Shown piece after piece: positions 24,637 to 36,721 of a DNA stretch of 64,000 nt. Made by a program: the position numbers and the translations under genes. The notes beneath the pieces are model-generated. The model was not told the origin of the DNA. It ran no database searches and saw nothing but the letters and a program-made list of their open reading frames with translations. The stretch covers positions 7,998,001-8,062,000 of the forward strand of contig OX597841.1 of the NCBI GenBank assembly GCA_951406725.2, given 5' to 3'. The DNA is from Octopus vulgaris (taxonomy: Eukaryota). Numbering within the stretch: position 1 is the first letter of the stretch; each line of letters begins with the position of its first letter.

Positions 24637-25779
24637 TATTCAGATCTAAAAATAATCAATATTTTTAAGATATAAATTTAAAATGACTAAAAAATATAAA
24701 TAAAATAAATTTATCAATGATAAATATATCTATATATAATCTATATATAATCAAGAACTAAAATAACCTCTATAAACTATTGAATATAATGAAACCTAGT
24801 ATTTAAGTTCTCATATTTAAAGATGAAGAATCTAATTTCAAAACAAAAAGCAAAATAAAATATATATACACACATGCTCATACACATATATCTAAGTATA
24901 TATATAAAAACATATCTAAATACATACACTAACTCACACACATATATATATCTCTATATATGTATCTGCTGAATTTGTTACTCCTCTGTGTTGGAGTGTT
25001 GCGTGGGAGATGCGGTTGTGTGTAAGTGATTGTGTGTGTGTGGGTGTGCATTGTTTATGTGTAGAAATGTTGTTTTCTTTTGGGTGTTTATGTATGTGTG
25101 AATGTGTGAGTGTGTGTGTGTTTGTTTGCGTATTTGTGTATGTTTGCTGTATGTATGTGGTATTTGGAATATGTGTGTGTGTTTGTTTTAAGTATTTATG
25201 TATGGTTGTTGTATATATGTGGTATATGGAATTTGGTAGTTTCTTGCTAAGAATGAAATGTTTCTGTGGGTTGTGGTTGAGTATCTGCAGCTGCTGGATG
25301 TGGTGTTTCCTATGTGTTGTTGTCATGCTGAGTGAGTGTTTTTATGAATGAGGGTTGTATGTGTGTGAGTGGGAGTATGAATAAGTAATGTGTAGTAGTA
25401 TACGGCTACTTTATTAATTTATCGTTGCCTAGATGTTTATGTGTATGTATAGAGATATATATATGTGTGTGTGAGTTAGTGTATGTATTTAGATATGTTT
25501 TTATATATATACTTAGATATATGTGTATGAGCATGTGTGTATATATATTTTATTTTTGCTTTTTGTTTTGAAATTAGATTCTTCATCTTTAAATATGAGA
25601 ACTTAAATACTAGGTTTCATTATATTCAATAGTTTATAGAGGTTATTTTAGTTCTTGATTATATATAGATTATATATAGATTATATATATATTTTTCATT
25701 GATAAATTTATTTTATTTATATTTTTTAGTCATTTTAAATTTATATCTTAAAAATATTGATTATTTTTAGATCTGAATA

Positions 25780-25825
25780 CCACCTGATGAATGTCCTTAG
25801 AAGAGACACGAAACAATTGTAGTGG
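25780..25825 (+). ncRNA. Minimal type-I hammerhead ribozyme
   Basis: ccac-CUGAUGA-a-uguc(cuuagaaga)gaca-c-GAAA-caauug-UA-gugg: canonical core, stem I ccac/gugg, palindromic stem III ACAAUUGU. Predicted cleavage after A25821. Confidence 0.82.
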
Positions 25826-26454
25826 CGAATTTAATTTTATTTAATTTATATAAATTTTTTATGTATTGGATTAAGTCTTTCTTTGTTTGATTTGCTTAAT
25901 AGTGGTTTTGTCTCTAATTAATATTATATAATATTTTACTATAAAATTGGATTCAATCCTAAATCTGATTTTTCCCTGTAAATTTGGATTTATTCCCTAA
26001 TATTTATTATATATATATATATATATATACTCAACAAAATATTTTCCTTACAAAAAGGAAGGCCATTAGCTAGATTAATTAGATATTCTCCCAGTCTTTT
26101 GGAATGTTAGTTATAATATAATCATTTAATCTATAATATATAAATCTATAGTATCTACAGTTGCATTTAGTAAATAATCAAACAATTTATACTTTTAAAC
26201 TTCATTTCCTCACAATTTCAATAGTATTTTATTTGCATAAGGATTCACTTGCAAAACTTTACACGTATAAGGTTTTGATTTACTGTCACCTTAACAAAGA
26301 TTCTATTATACTAATTGGAAAAGGCAGATAGAAGAGCCAACTAACATGTGAACTATATATGATTTTGTATTACCTTCCTACAACTTGGGTTCAACTGATA
26401 GAAATTTTCTATCTACTTTCAAATAAACAACAAATAAGAATGTTATATACTTAC

Positions 26455-26473
26455 TCTTTATTGCGTTTAACAC
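26455..26473 (-). CDS. 19-nt juxtamembrane microexon (GVKRNK + GA)
   Basis: Strong acceptor ctttttactttttttag| and donor GA|gtaagt, phase 1 to 2. The basic peptide continues the KRR of the TM exon. Confidence 0.7.
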
Positions 26474-27939
26474 CTAAAAAAAGTAAAAAGTGATGCATAT
26501 AGGAATGTTATTCAATATTAAACATTTCTTGTGAGAGTAGTACAAGTAATTTTCTATATCAAATAAGACTACCATTAGTTACAGCAGTAAATTTTGAAAC
26601 AAATTTATCTCAGATTTTCCATGTTGTTAAGATTGTAAGATTTACAAACACCTCTTCCACTCTTCCTTCACACCCTCGTAAAATAGTCCTTCCTTCCATC
26701 TCCCACTCTCCTGCTACCATCTCATGAACTTACTCAGCCACTTGCCTGATCCAATCTTTGGTTCCTGTCACTCTATGTATCTTGAGTGTCACCTTCCATC
26801 ACATCTTCAACATCTCTCTTCCTCTCTCACTCCAACTGAGTTACCCAATGTATCTCCTCTACTGCAAGACACCAATTTCTGTACCTCCATCCATACTCTA
26901 ACCTCTCATTACCTGGTACAAAACCACCGCTCTCAATTCTATTCCCTACTCAGTTGAGAGTGTCTTGTCTTTCTAGTTACTTGGTGACTTCACTGCTGTT
27001 AGTACCAGGTAAAAGGCACTCAGTACACTCTGTAAAGTGGTTGGCACTTTGAAGGGCATCCAACCATAGAAAACATGTCAAAGCAGGCATTGGGGCTTGG
27101 TACATATATCTATATTCTCTCTGTCCTACCCGAGTGTGTATGTGTGTGTGTTAATGTGATGTCTATGTGTATAGATATGTGCAAGTATAGTAGTGTATGC
27201 GTGTAATTTTTAGGTAGGTTGTGTAAAAGCATGTATGTGAGGAGATGGGAGTGTGTATGAGCATATGGAAAAATTGATGAAACAGATTGGACAATAAGTA
27301 CAAGGTGGAAGATATTATTGATGTGTGAGCAAGTTTTCACCAAAAGCATATAGAGGTTGGAGAATGCATTCAAAGGAAAGCAGATGTGAAACAATGAGAG
27401 ACAGTTTAAACTAAAATTTTAAAATGTGGTAGAAATATTTAAATTCAGTGTTGATAAAAACAAAGATATTGGTAAAAAGTCCAGAGAAATTGAAGGTAAA
27501 AAGTTTCCAGGAAAATCATCCAATTCAAGAAGATGAAACAATATACATTAAGATGATGAAAAGCCAGATGCTAATGCACAAAAGAAATAAAATGGTAAAC
27601 AGAGGTGAGAAGAGAAATAACAGAATGGAATTGATAAAGAGAAGATTTGATGCAAGGGAAAAGAAGGAGCAGGAAAAGCAGCATCTGAGGGTGTGGCTGT
27701 TGACAAACTGAAGATTGTGTAGTAGTCAAGCAGAAATGGCATGTGGAAGTAAGAGGAGAAAGAAGTAGGAGAGAGAAGGAAACATAAGGCTTAGGTGTGT
27801 AATTCTGGAACAAGAAGGAAGGAAGGCAATGTAAGTTAGGATGAGGTGATGAATTTAGACCAAAGTTTTGAAAAGAATGTATTCCTGTTACTTCTGGAAG
27901 AGAGGATATATATAGTAACAAAGGACCTTTCCTTCAGTG

Positions 27940-28600
27940 TAAATAGCAGATTGTATGATGCCTATGTGTGAACAGCCATGTTACATGGCAGTGAAACATG
28001 GGCTGTGACTGCAGAGGACATGTGAAGACTTGAAAGAAATGAAGCTGGTATGCTCCACTGGTTGTGCATGTCAATGTGCACATACAACAAAGTGCGTCTT
28101 AAGAGAAAAATTGGGCATAAGAGGCATCAGATACAGTGTGCTAGAGAGAGGACTGCTGTATGGTCAAATGATGCATATGGATGGGGACAGCTGCATAAAG
28201 ATTCTTATTGTGGAAGGAAACTGTGGAAGAGGTCGACCCAGGAAGATGTGGGTTGAGGTGGTGAAATGTGATCTTTGGATGTTGAGTCTCATGGAGGCAG
28301 TGACAAGTGACCAGGACTTCTGGCAAATTGCTGTGCATGGGAAGAGGCATCAGGCTAAGTGGAACTCTGATTCTGGCCTAGTGCTGGTGATGTGTGAATG
28401 GCACTTGTACCAGTGACATGTAAGATGGACCTGTGCTAGTGACACATAAAAGGCATCGAGTACACTCACTGGAGCAGTTGGTGCTAGGAAGGGTATCCAG
28501 CCATAAAAACCAAACCAAAATATACTGGAGCCTCATGTAGCTCTCCAGCTTACCATTTGCAGTTAAATTGCCAAACTCATGCCAGCATGGAAAATGGATT
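27940..28600 (+). mobile_element. RTE LINE 3' fragment, decayed
   Basis: AMLHGSETWAVTAED...LREKLGIRGIR...VEGNCGRGRPRKMW, followed by the family 3' UTR. Confidence 0.8.
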
Positions 28601-28754
28601 ATTAGAAATAAGAGCTAAAATGTTCCTAATGCTATAAGAGAAGCACATAAATGTATACATATGTGCTCTCAGAGGCTCAGGAATTCTCCATTGTTTTGGG
28701 TGATTGCAGCCCTTGTGAGCATATATATATATATACATATATATGCTTTTCCTA

Positions 28755-29985
28755 CAGTATTAGGAGCTCAAAGACCCAGCAAACAGACAAAAATTTAGAG
28801 ATTTACTAATGGAAGCTTCTGAAGAAAGAGAGGAAGAGTTGGGGACACATAGCTTAGAGGACAACTGAAAGTTCCTGAGGGACAATCTACTGAGGGCTAC
28901 AGATGAAATCTGTGGTTGGTGCAGAGTCCCAGCTAGATCAAGGGTGACATGGTAGTGGAGCAAGGAAGTTGACAGTGCTATAAAATCAAAAAGACAGGCC
29001 TGGAAAAACTGGAAAACCAGAGGAAGCAGAGAATTATATCAGGTAGCCAAAAGGGCAGCTAGGCGTCAGGTATGCATAGCAAAAGGAGTAGCTGAAGGTA
29101 AGAGATTTGCAAATGTTCTACAGTATGAGATGTTCAGGATTGCAAAGCAGTGTATCAGAGAGAATAGAGATGTGGTGGGTGAGAAATGTGTGCGAATGGA
29201 TAATGGTATGCTTGCACTTAGCAAATCATAGAAGTAAGATGTATAGCAGTGTCACAATGAAATGTTATTAAATGTGGAATATGAATGGGAGGAGAGTTTA
29301 CCAAATATCGAACCAATTGAGGAACTAGCCATCAGAGTTGATAGAAGTAAAATAGATAAGGCAATTAAGGACATGAAGATAGGGAAAGCCCCTAAGCCAT
29401 CAAGAGTCATTACCGAGATGATTAAAATTTCTGGTGGTGTAGGATACAGCTTAGTCACCTGCATAGTTAATCAGGTTATTCAGGAAAGCACCATCCTCAA
29501 TGACAAGTGTAGTAGTATAATAGTTACAAGGGTAAAAGTGATGCCTTAGATAGAAACAATTACAGAAGTATTAAATTGCTAGACCAAGTCATGAATGTTA
29601 GAGAGAGTTATGGCTCAATTGATTAGAAATAGAATGAAACTAGATGAGATGCAGTTTGGTTTTGTACCTGGAAAGAATTCCACAGATGCCATCTTTGAAG
29701 TGAGACAGCCACAAGAAAAGTATATGGCAAAATTCCTCATCTTTTAAAATGTGGCCCACGTAGACCCGAATGAAATCGGGTTATAATACTGAAACACGTA
29801 AGACAATAATAAAAGCACCCACTACACTCTCGGAGTGGTTGGCGTTAGGAACGGCATCCAGCAGTAGAAACTCTGCCAGATCAGATTGGACCCTGTGCAG
29901 CTATCTGGTTCGCCAGACCTCAGTCAAATCGTCCAACCCATGCTAGCATGGAAAGCGGACATTAAACAATAATGATGATGATGAT
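28755..29985 (+). mobile_element. RTE LINE internal fragment (pre-RT/RT N-terminal) joined to an RTE 3' UTR
   Basis: AIKDMKIGKAP...EMIK...NYRSIKLLDQVM...EMQFGFVPGKNSTDAIF; the 3' UTR at 29810-29985 ends in (GAT)n. Confidence 0.8.
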
Positions 29986-30471
29986 ATATATATATATACG
30001 TGTATATGTATAAAGTGTATATATTTATATATATGTGTGTGTGTAGACATGTATATATAATGCGTATATATGTACATATTTAATGCGTATGTATATATAT
30101 ATATATATATATAATAATAAATATTAGGGAATAAATCCAAATTTACAGGGAAAAAATGGGGTCTAAATGGGGCTGGAAGGGGATTAAAATTTACAGGAGA
30201 GGATAATTTGAGGTGAGAAATTGATCGGGAGACGTTTTGGGGCACAACAGTAGTTGCTTTGGTTTGAAAACGGAGATTTTATTGATTTTTGTGGACACTT
30301 GGGGGTCTAGATTGGACATCTTTTGCCTGATTTCAATCAAATTTTCAACATGATAAAGTGGAAACGGATTTGTAATTTAAGTGCGGAAATTTAATTCTTT
30401 ATATTAAAAATTTTTATGTATTGATTAAGTCTTTCCTTGCTTGTTTTGCAAAATAGTGGTTTTGTCTCGAA

Positions 30472-30502
<31 letters not shown>

Positions 30503-30722
30503 ATGTGTGCATATGTGGTCAGATTGAGCTGAAAATATGCACACCTATGTTAAAAGTGCTAGTGAGTTTGCTCAATTGAAAGGCATGGCCTCTAGGGCAA
30601 AATTCCTCATCTTTTAAAATGTGGCCCACGTAGACCCAAATGAAATTGGGTTATAATACCAAAACAAGTAAAACAATAATAAACTATTTTAATCCTGAGC
30701 AAGGCCGGGTATATCTGTCTAA

Positions 30723-31227
30723 TCTATAAAATGAAGAAGGCAAACGTTGATACAAATTGATTTTTATGTAAAATGGGGTCTAAATGGGGCTGGAAGGGGA
30801 TTAAAATTTACAGGAGAGGATAATTTGAGGTGAGAAATTGATCGGGAGACGTTTTGGGGCACAACAGTAGTTGCTTTGGTTTGAAAATGGAGATTTTATT
30901 GATTTTTGTGGACACTTGGGGGTCTAGATTGGACATCTTTTGCCTGATTTCAATCAAATTTTCAACATGATAAAGTGGAAGCGGATTTGTAATTTAAGTG
31001 TGGAAATTTAATTTTTTATAAATGGGAGAGATATAGATAGAGAAAGATAAAGAGTAAGAGAAAGCGAGGGAGAGTCCGAGAGAAAGGAAGAGTAAGAGAG
31101 TGGGAAAGTGAGAGAGAAAGGAGAGAGAAATAAAGAGGGAGAATGGGGCGAAAAGAAACAGAAAGGAAGCAACAGAAAGTAACAACCACACCCTCACCCA
31201 TGCGTAGAGCGGGTCACATTAAACTAG
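30723..31227 (+). mobile_element. Non-autonomous Helitron-like element
   Basis: A|TCTATAAAA 5' end, subterminal hairpin accc...gggt at 31196-31214, and CTAG|T 3' end. A second Helitron-type 3' end (cctg...cggg...CTAA) lies immediately upstream at ~30693-30722. Confidence 0.65.
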
Positions 31228-31574
31228 TTGAATTATATTTTGTATATAATCATCTATATATGTCTTTTGAATCCACTCTTTGATTTGAGGTTTTCTTCGG
31301 TTTTTATAATTGGATGAATTTATATTGAATTCATTTACTTTATTTATTTTGTTCATTGCTTGCTTAAGACTGTTAACTGAAAGGACCAATGAAACAACTC
31401 TATTTTTAAAGGGGCATCCTTTAAGTAGTTTTTGATCATATCGTTTATTTCTGTTCTATTTTAACAAAACTGTCAAACGAATGGGAACATGAAACTCTGA
31501 GTAACAGCTTTTATTAAATTTCTGCTGCTTTTCAATAAAGTATATATATATATATATATATATATGAGCTAGCA

Positions 31575-31910
31575 ACCATTATCTCGGCCTATGCCGCTCA
31601 GCCAAGGCTACCCGATGGACAGAAAGACTGATTCTATGACTCCCTCTTGCAGATTACCTCGTTGACAAATGATAGGGACCTTATATTTGTGGCTGGTGAC
31701 TTCAATGGACATGTTGGACAACATACAGGGGACCCTCCATGACATACATGGAGGCTACAGTTTTGGTTCCAACAATGAGGAAGGAACCAGGATGCTGGAG
31801 TTCTGCGATGCAAATGATCTTATGGTTTGCAATACTAACTTCAGGAAAACTGCCAGTCACCTACCGTTCTGGCAGACACACTAGCCAAATTGACTACATC
31901 CTCGCCAGAG
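31575..31910 (+). mobile_element. RTE LINE AP-endonuclease fragment
   Basis: ISAYA...FVAGDFNGHVG...GYSFGSNNEEGTRMLEFC...NTNF...SQIDYIL. Confidence 0.85.
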
Positions 31911-32430
31911 TTAGAAAGACCCCTTCATGGGGACTTAACACCCACAATTTTGTCATTTTATCTAAGCAAAGACGAATAGTTGTACTCTTGGAAGCTGTGG
32001 GATTATCCAAGCATAGATGAGCATTATTTGTAATTCAGTGGTACAACAGTGTAAGAGTTTGCTTTGACATACACTTAGATTGTGATTTCTGCAATGTGCT
32101 GCATATAAATTGTCAAGTAAACGAGAAGCATCTTTGCCTCCACTGATTCAGTTGCAAAGTGTTGAGTAAAGTTATTTGATTGCAGTTATTCTATAAGTTA
32201 TTCTATTAGTTTCTTCTTGTGAAAACAGTAAGTTATGGGGATGTAAATAAACGAACAGCAGTTGTGAAGCAGTGATGAGGGTGAAACACAGAAACAAAGT
32301 CACACACATACACTTAAATATATACATACATATATATACGATTGATTTCTTTAAGTTTCTGTCTACGAAATCCATATACATATATATATATATATAGATA
32401 TATGTATATATAGATATATGTATATATAGA

Positions 32431-32490
<60 letters not shown>

Positions 32491-32574
32491 AGTATATATA
32501 TATACACACACACACACACAAAGATAAATTGTGTGGGCAAACAAAAATATGAGATACTGCCTAGCGGTTTTTTT

Positions 32575-32900
32575 TTATTTTGATAAGCCTGGTACTTATT
32601 CTATCAGTTTCTTCTTGTGAAACTAGTAAGTTATGGGGATGTAAATAAATGAACACCAGTTGTGTGTGCAGTGATGAGGGAGAAACACAAAGACACACAC
32701 ATAGACTTACTTATATACATACATATATATATATATATATACGATTGATTTCTTTCAGTTTCTGTCTACAAAATCCACTGACAAGGCTTTGGTTGGTCTG
32801 AGGCTATAGCAGAAAACACATGCCAAGTCACTACACAGTGGGACTGAACTTAGGACCATGTGTTTTGGAATGAAGGTTGTTACCCCACAGCCACACCTGC
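32575..32900 (-). mobile_element. tRNA-derived SINE, with a partial local duplicate at 32190-32375
   Basis: Same family as 4148-4538. Confidence 0.75.
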
Positions 32901-33103
32901 ACCTATGCATGTGTGTGTGTGTGTGTGTGTGTATGCGTGTATGAGTGTATATATGTATGCATGTATGTATGTGAATATATATGTGTACATATTACATGTA
33001 CATCTATATATATATACATCTACACATATACATGTATACATAAACATCTATATGTATAGAAATAAATGTATACATATACAGCTATACACACACACACACA
33101 CGC

Positions 33104-33134
<31 letters not shown>

Positions 33135-33254
33135 TTGGTGCAGGTGTGGCTGTGTGGTAACAAACTTCGTTCCAAAACACATAGGCCTGAGTTTAAATTT
33201 AAAATAATAAGGGTGAGAAATTGAATATTAATCTGATTAATATGAATTGAAAAC

Positions 33255-33603
33255 CAGTGGTGTTGCATATAAGACCATAGCGGATCTTCTTCTAGCAAAA
33301 TGGATGTCCACTGTTAATGGTTCATCCCCCTTATATAATAGTTTGACTTTAATAGTTTCAGTATTAAAGTGAAAGTATCTGACATTAGAATAGAGAGATG
33401 TTTTTGTTTCACTTTTAACATGTAATACTGATATAGTGGAGAAGATATGCTGTGGGTTCGCCCTAGGTAAGAAGTTAGAAATTTTTTGCCCATGACACTC
33501 CCTGGACCCCAAGTAAGGCATGTGTAAAATTTGAATGAAATTTATTGTGTAGTTCTCAAGTTTTAGGGATTCACACAGACAGACAGACAGACACACATTC
33601 TCA

Positions 33604-33650
<47 letters not shown>
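33255..33650 (-). mobile_element. Non-autonomous Helitron-like element (homolog of 10600-10815)
   Basis: Minus strand reads tatataaaactgagaatgtgtgtctgtc...ccctaaaacttgagaactacacaa. Confidence 0.6.
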
Positions 33651-33660
<10 letters not shown>

Positions 33661-33920
33661 GAAGAAAGTCCTATCTTTATTTTAGATCACACCTTTACTT
33701 CTTATTACAAAAGGATTGTTGGATTTACCTGTCATGCATGAGGATTTAACTGGGATTTATATTCTATTTACATTTACTGGTATCTGATTGTTGGAAATTT
33801 AACCTTATTCTTTTATACTGAGTGCTTACTTGATACCTGCCAGGACTTTTTAATCCCATTTTATTCTTATCTGTCTGTCTGCATGTCTAACTGTCTGTAT
33901 GTATGTATATACATACACAC

Positions 33921-34042
33921 TAGGTTGAAGAAAAAGTCTGTGCGCCATGTTAAAATAATGAACTGAATGAACACACACCACAAAAATATATTTAAAAAAG
34001 TGTATATATTTAATACAGTGCACAAACTTTTTCCTTGACCTA
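33921..34042. mobile_element. Small Tc1/mariner-type MITE
   Basis: Imperfect TIRs taggttgaagaaaaagtctgtgc / gcacaaactttttccttgaccta, ~120 bp overall. Confidence 0.55.
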
Positions 34043-36508
34043 ATATACTATGGAAGATTTTGGATTTGATACAAAGTTCTGGGTTATCAGTCCATATATG
34101 AAAAGTAAAATTTCAATCCATTAAATGCTTCATAAAAGATATATGTAAAATAGATATTTTGATATGAAAGGCAAATATACACATTGAGGCAATACACATT
34201 CAGCGATATTTAAATCACGTAAATTTGTACATACTGGATTGGTTTGTTGCATCAGAGACGCTAATATTAAAGCTCCAAGAATATATGGAAAATTCGAAGG
34301 AAGAAGTCCAAATTAAAATCCAAATGTGAAAATTAACATATACATCCCAAAGCTGTTTCAGGAACAGAGTGATAAGAGTAGATATCGATTTAAAATCCAT
34401 TCCAGTATCCATATTTCCTTCATCAGGGATATCTATATCTTGTATGGATCACATCTGGTATTTTTGTTCATAAATGTCAAAGTTCAATTACACTATACCA
34501 GTTTGTATTTTATATAAAATCGATTGGATGAAAAATGAGTTGAATAGAAATAAAATAATTAAGATGAATTTAAAATATATGGTGGAGGTAAAATTAAATA
34601 TATAAGTTTCCCGGAAATTATTCTAGAAGTGAAATGATTTTTCTCTCTTTTCATTTTTTTTGTTTTTTATTCATTACAGATTTATTGTTACTTAATGAAA
34701 GAATTTAAATGTGCATAAGATGATCATTATTCCATAACTATTTTATTGATGAGAAACTCTTTATGGATTTTTTGTTATTTAACAATTATTTGTTATTTAT
34801 ATGTGGAGAGGTATTTATGTCTACATGAAGTGATAAGATTGGAGAATTTGCTTAGCATTATCTTCTTATTTAGACATAGTATATTGATTGATTCTTTTGT
34901 ACATAACCTACAAGTTTGTGTATATGAATTATAAGGAGAGGTTCCAGTAACTACTGATCATATTAATTTATAGTTAATATTTTGCATTTTTAGAAGGTTA
35001 ACATATGTTACTAGTGATGAGGAAAATTTAGTTTTAGGGTTAATAAATGAATTCATGTGCACTCAGTATCTAGTTTTAAAATCGGCTGTGCTCCCGATAT
35101 ATGTTTTAGATTGGTTAGGGTTAGATGTTAGTACTTGGCATTTATAGACTAGGTTCTTTTGTTAAATAAGGGGCAGTATTCAGGCTTGCAGAAGTTGCAT
35201 GCTTTTTTGCCTCATGTGGGTTTTAAATCATTGTCCCAAATAATTTGCATTGATTTGGTTAGATTCCAAATTACTGAGAAGCTGTGTTTATTTCATTAAT
35301 CACATCCATTTGACTTGTCTGGGTAGGATTTATAACCCCTTGTTGTTGTGATTCACCAATTATATTTCTTCTTGTATTATCATTAAGTAAAATATTATTG
35401 TTGCGCTCCAAATCAGAGATTTCCCATAGAGAAACTTTACCTAATGAATGGTTTCTAAGCTTATATCTATTATTAGCTGCTATAACTGACCCTAGATTTG
35501 GTGTAGTGGAGTACAATATCTTTATACAAGATTTATTAAATATAGAATAATACTTATGGTTTTGTGGAAAGGTTTTTGCTAAGATTTTAAAAAATAAGCT
35601 GGGGAAGTTTCTAATTTGAAGAGAGAAGGACGAGGTAAACCATATGGTTTCCCATTTTCTAGAAGAGGTTTTATTGCCTGATTATTTATATTGAATTTCT
35701 TAGTGGGTTTATGCCAATAGTTATGATTTTGTCGAATTCGATGAATCTAGCATATATGGTAAGAATGTTGTTCAAATGAATCATTCAACATACCATATAT
35801 GGAGTAAAATTCTCCTTATTCATTATCCGCCACCCACAATACACACAGATACAGGTTGGTGAACATATAGAAAGGTGTGCTAGGAATCTTAATCCCAATT
35901 TTCTAATTTTCCCCTTCCCTCAATGTTCACAGAACACCTCAGTACAACAAAGAATGCATGAAGAGGCAACTTTCACCAATAAATATCTTCCACACCTCAA
36001 TATGAACACATAACATAATACAGAACACTACTAACCTTTCAATTAGTACCACTAACCCCCATACATCCCATACACCATTCACATTTCATTTCTGTATCTA
36101 CCCTAATTGCACCAAATCTAGAACTACTTACCTCCCATACACATAATCGTCTTACTCAGTGACTAATAGACCTGACACCGTTCATTAATTGATGTGCATT
36201 CAAAGCAATGATTAGTAAATTCACAAAACCGGTATGCTTTTGCATCTCTTTAACAATTCACAATAATGGCTTTTATTACTTTTATTCCTACCTCAGTTCA
36301 TCTGATTGTATAAATCTATCGTTACTTTCCATAAAAAGCCATTATTTTTTTTGATTTCCAATGTGCATTTTTGCTTATTTTTCTTCTTACTTTCCCTCTA
36401 AATATATATATATATACACACATGTATACACGTGCACGTACACACACACACACACATACACACATTGTTGTGATAAATAAAGCTTTATAATATGAAAAAC
36501 ATACAAAC

Positions 36509-36613
36509 CTCTTCTTTTGTAGAATATATAAGTAAGAAGACCCATTATTATTAATAATAATACAATTCCGACAGTGCAACCAATAATTATTTCCATAGGG
36601 ATTTCTTGCTTTT
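36509..36613 (-). CDS. Ig-superfamily receptor, transmembrane exon
   Basis: Acceptor tcttttcag|AA, donor AGAG|gtttgt, 105 nt, phase 1-1. Translates KKQEIPMEIIIGCTVGIVLLLIIMGLLTYIFYKRR: a ~23-aa hydrophobic helix followed by a basic stop-transfer KRR. Confidence 0.9.
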
Positions 36614-36721
36614 CTGAAAAGATGTATTAAAAAGACCATGAATTATTACATCAATATATATATAGTAAGTATAATGAAGAATTTTTCATTACTCATGTGT
36701 CTCATTTTATTGGGGTACACA

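Larger units (their letters stand above)
24486..26010. mobile_element. Penelope-derived fold-back element: ~475-bp near-perfect inverted arms around a GT-rich spacer
   Basis: 24486-24960 is the reverse complement of 25447-25930. Each arm has a hammerhead motif. Bounded by (TA)n. The same family's termini recur at 30110-30490. Confidence 0.85.
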
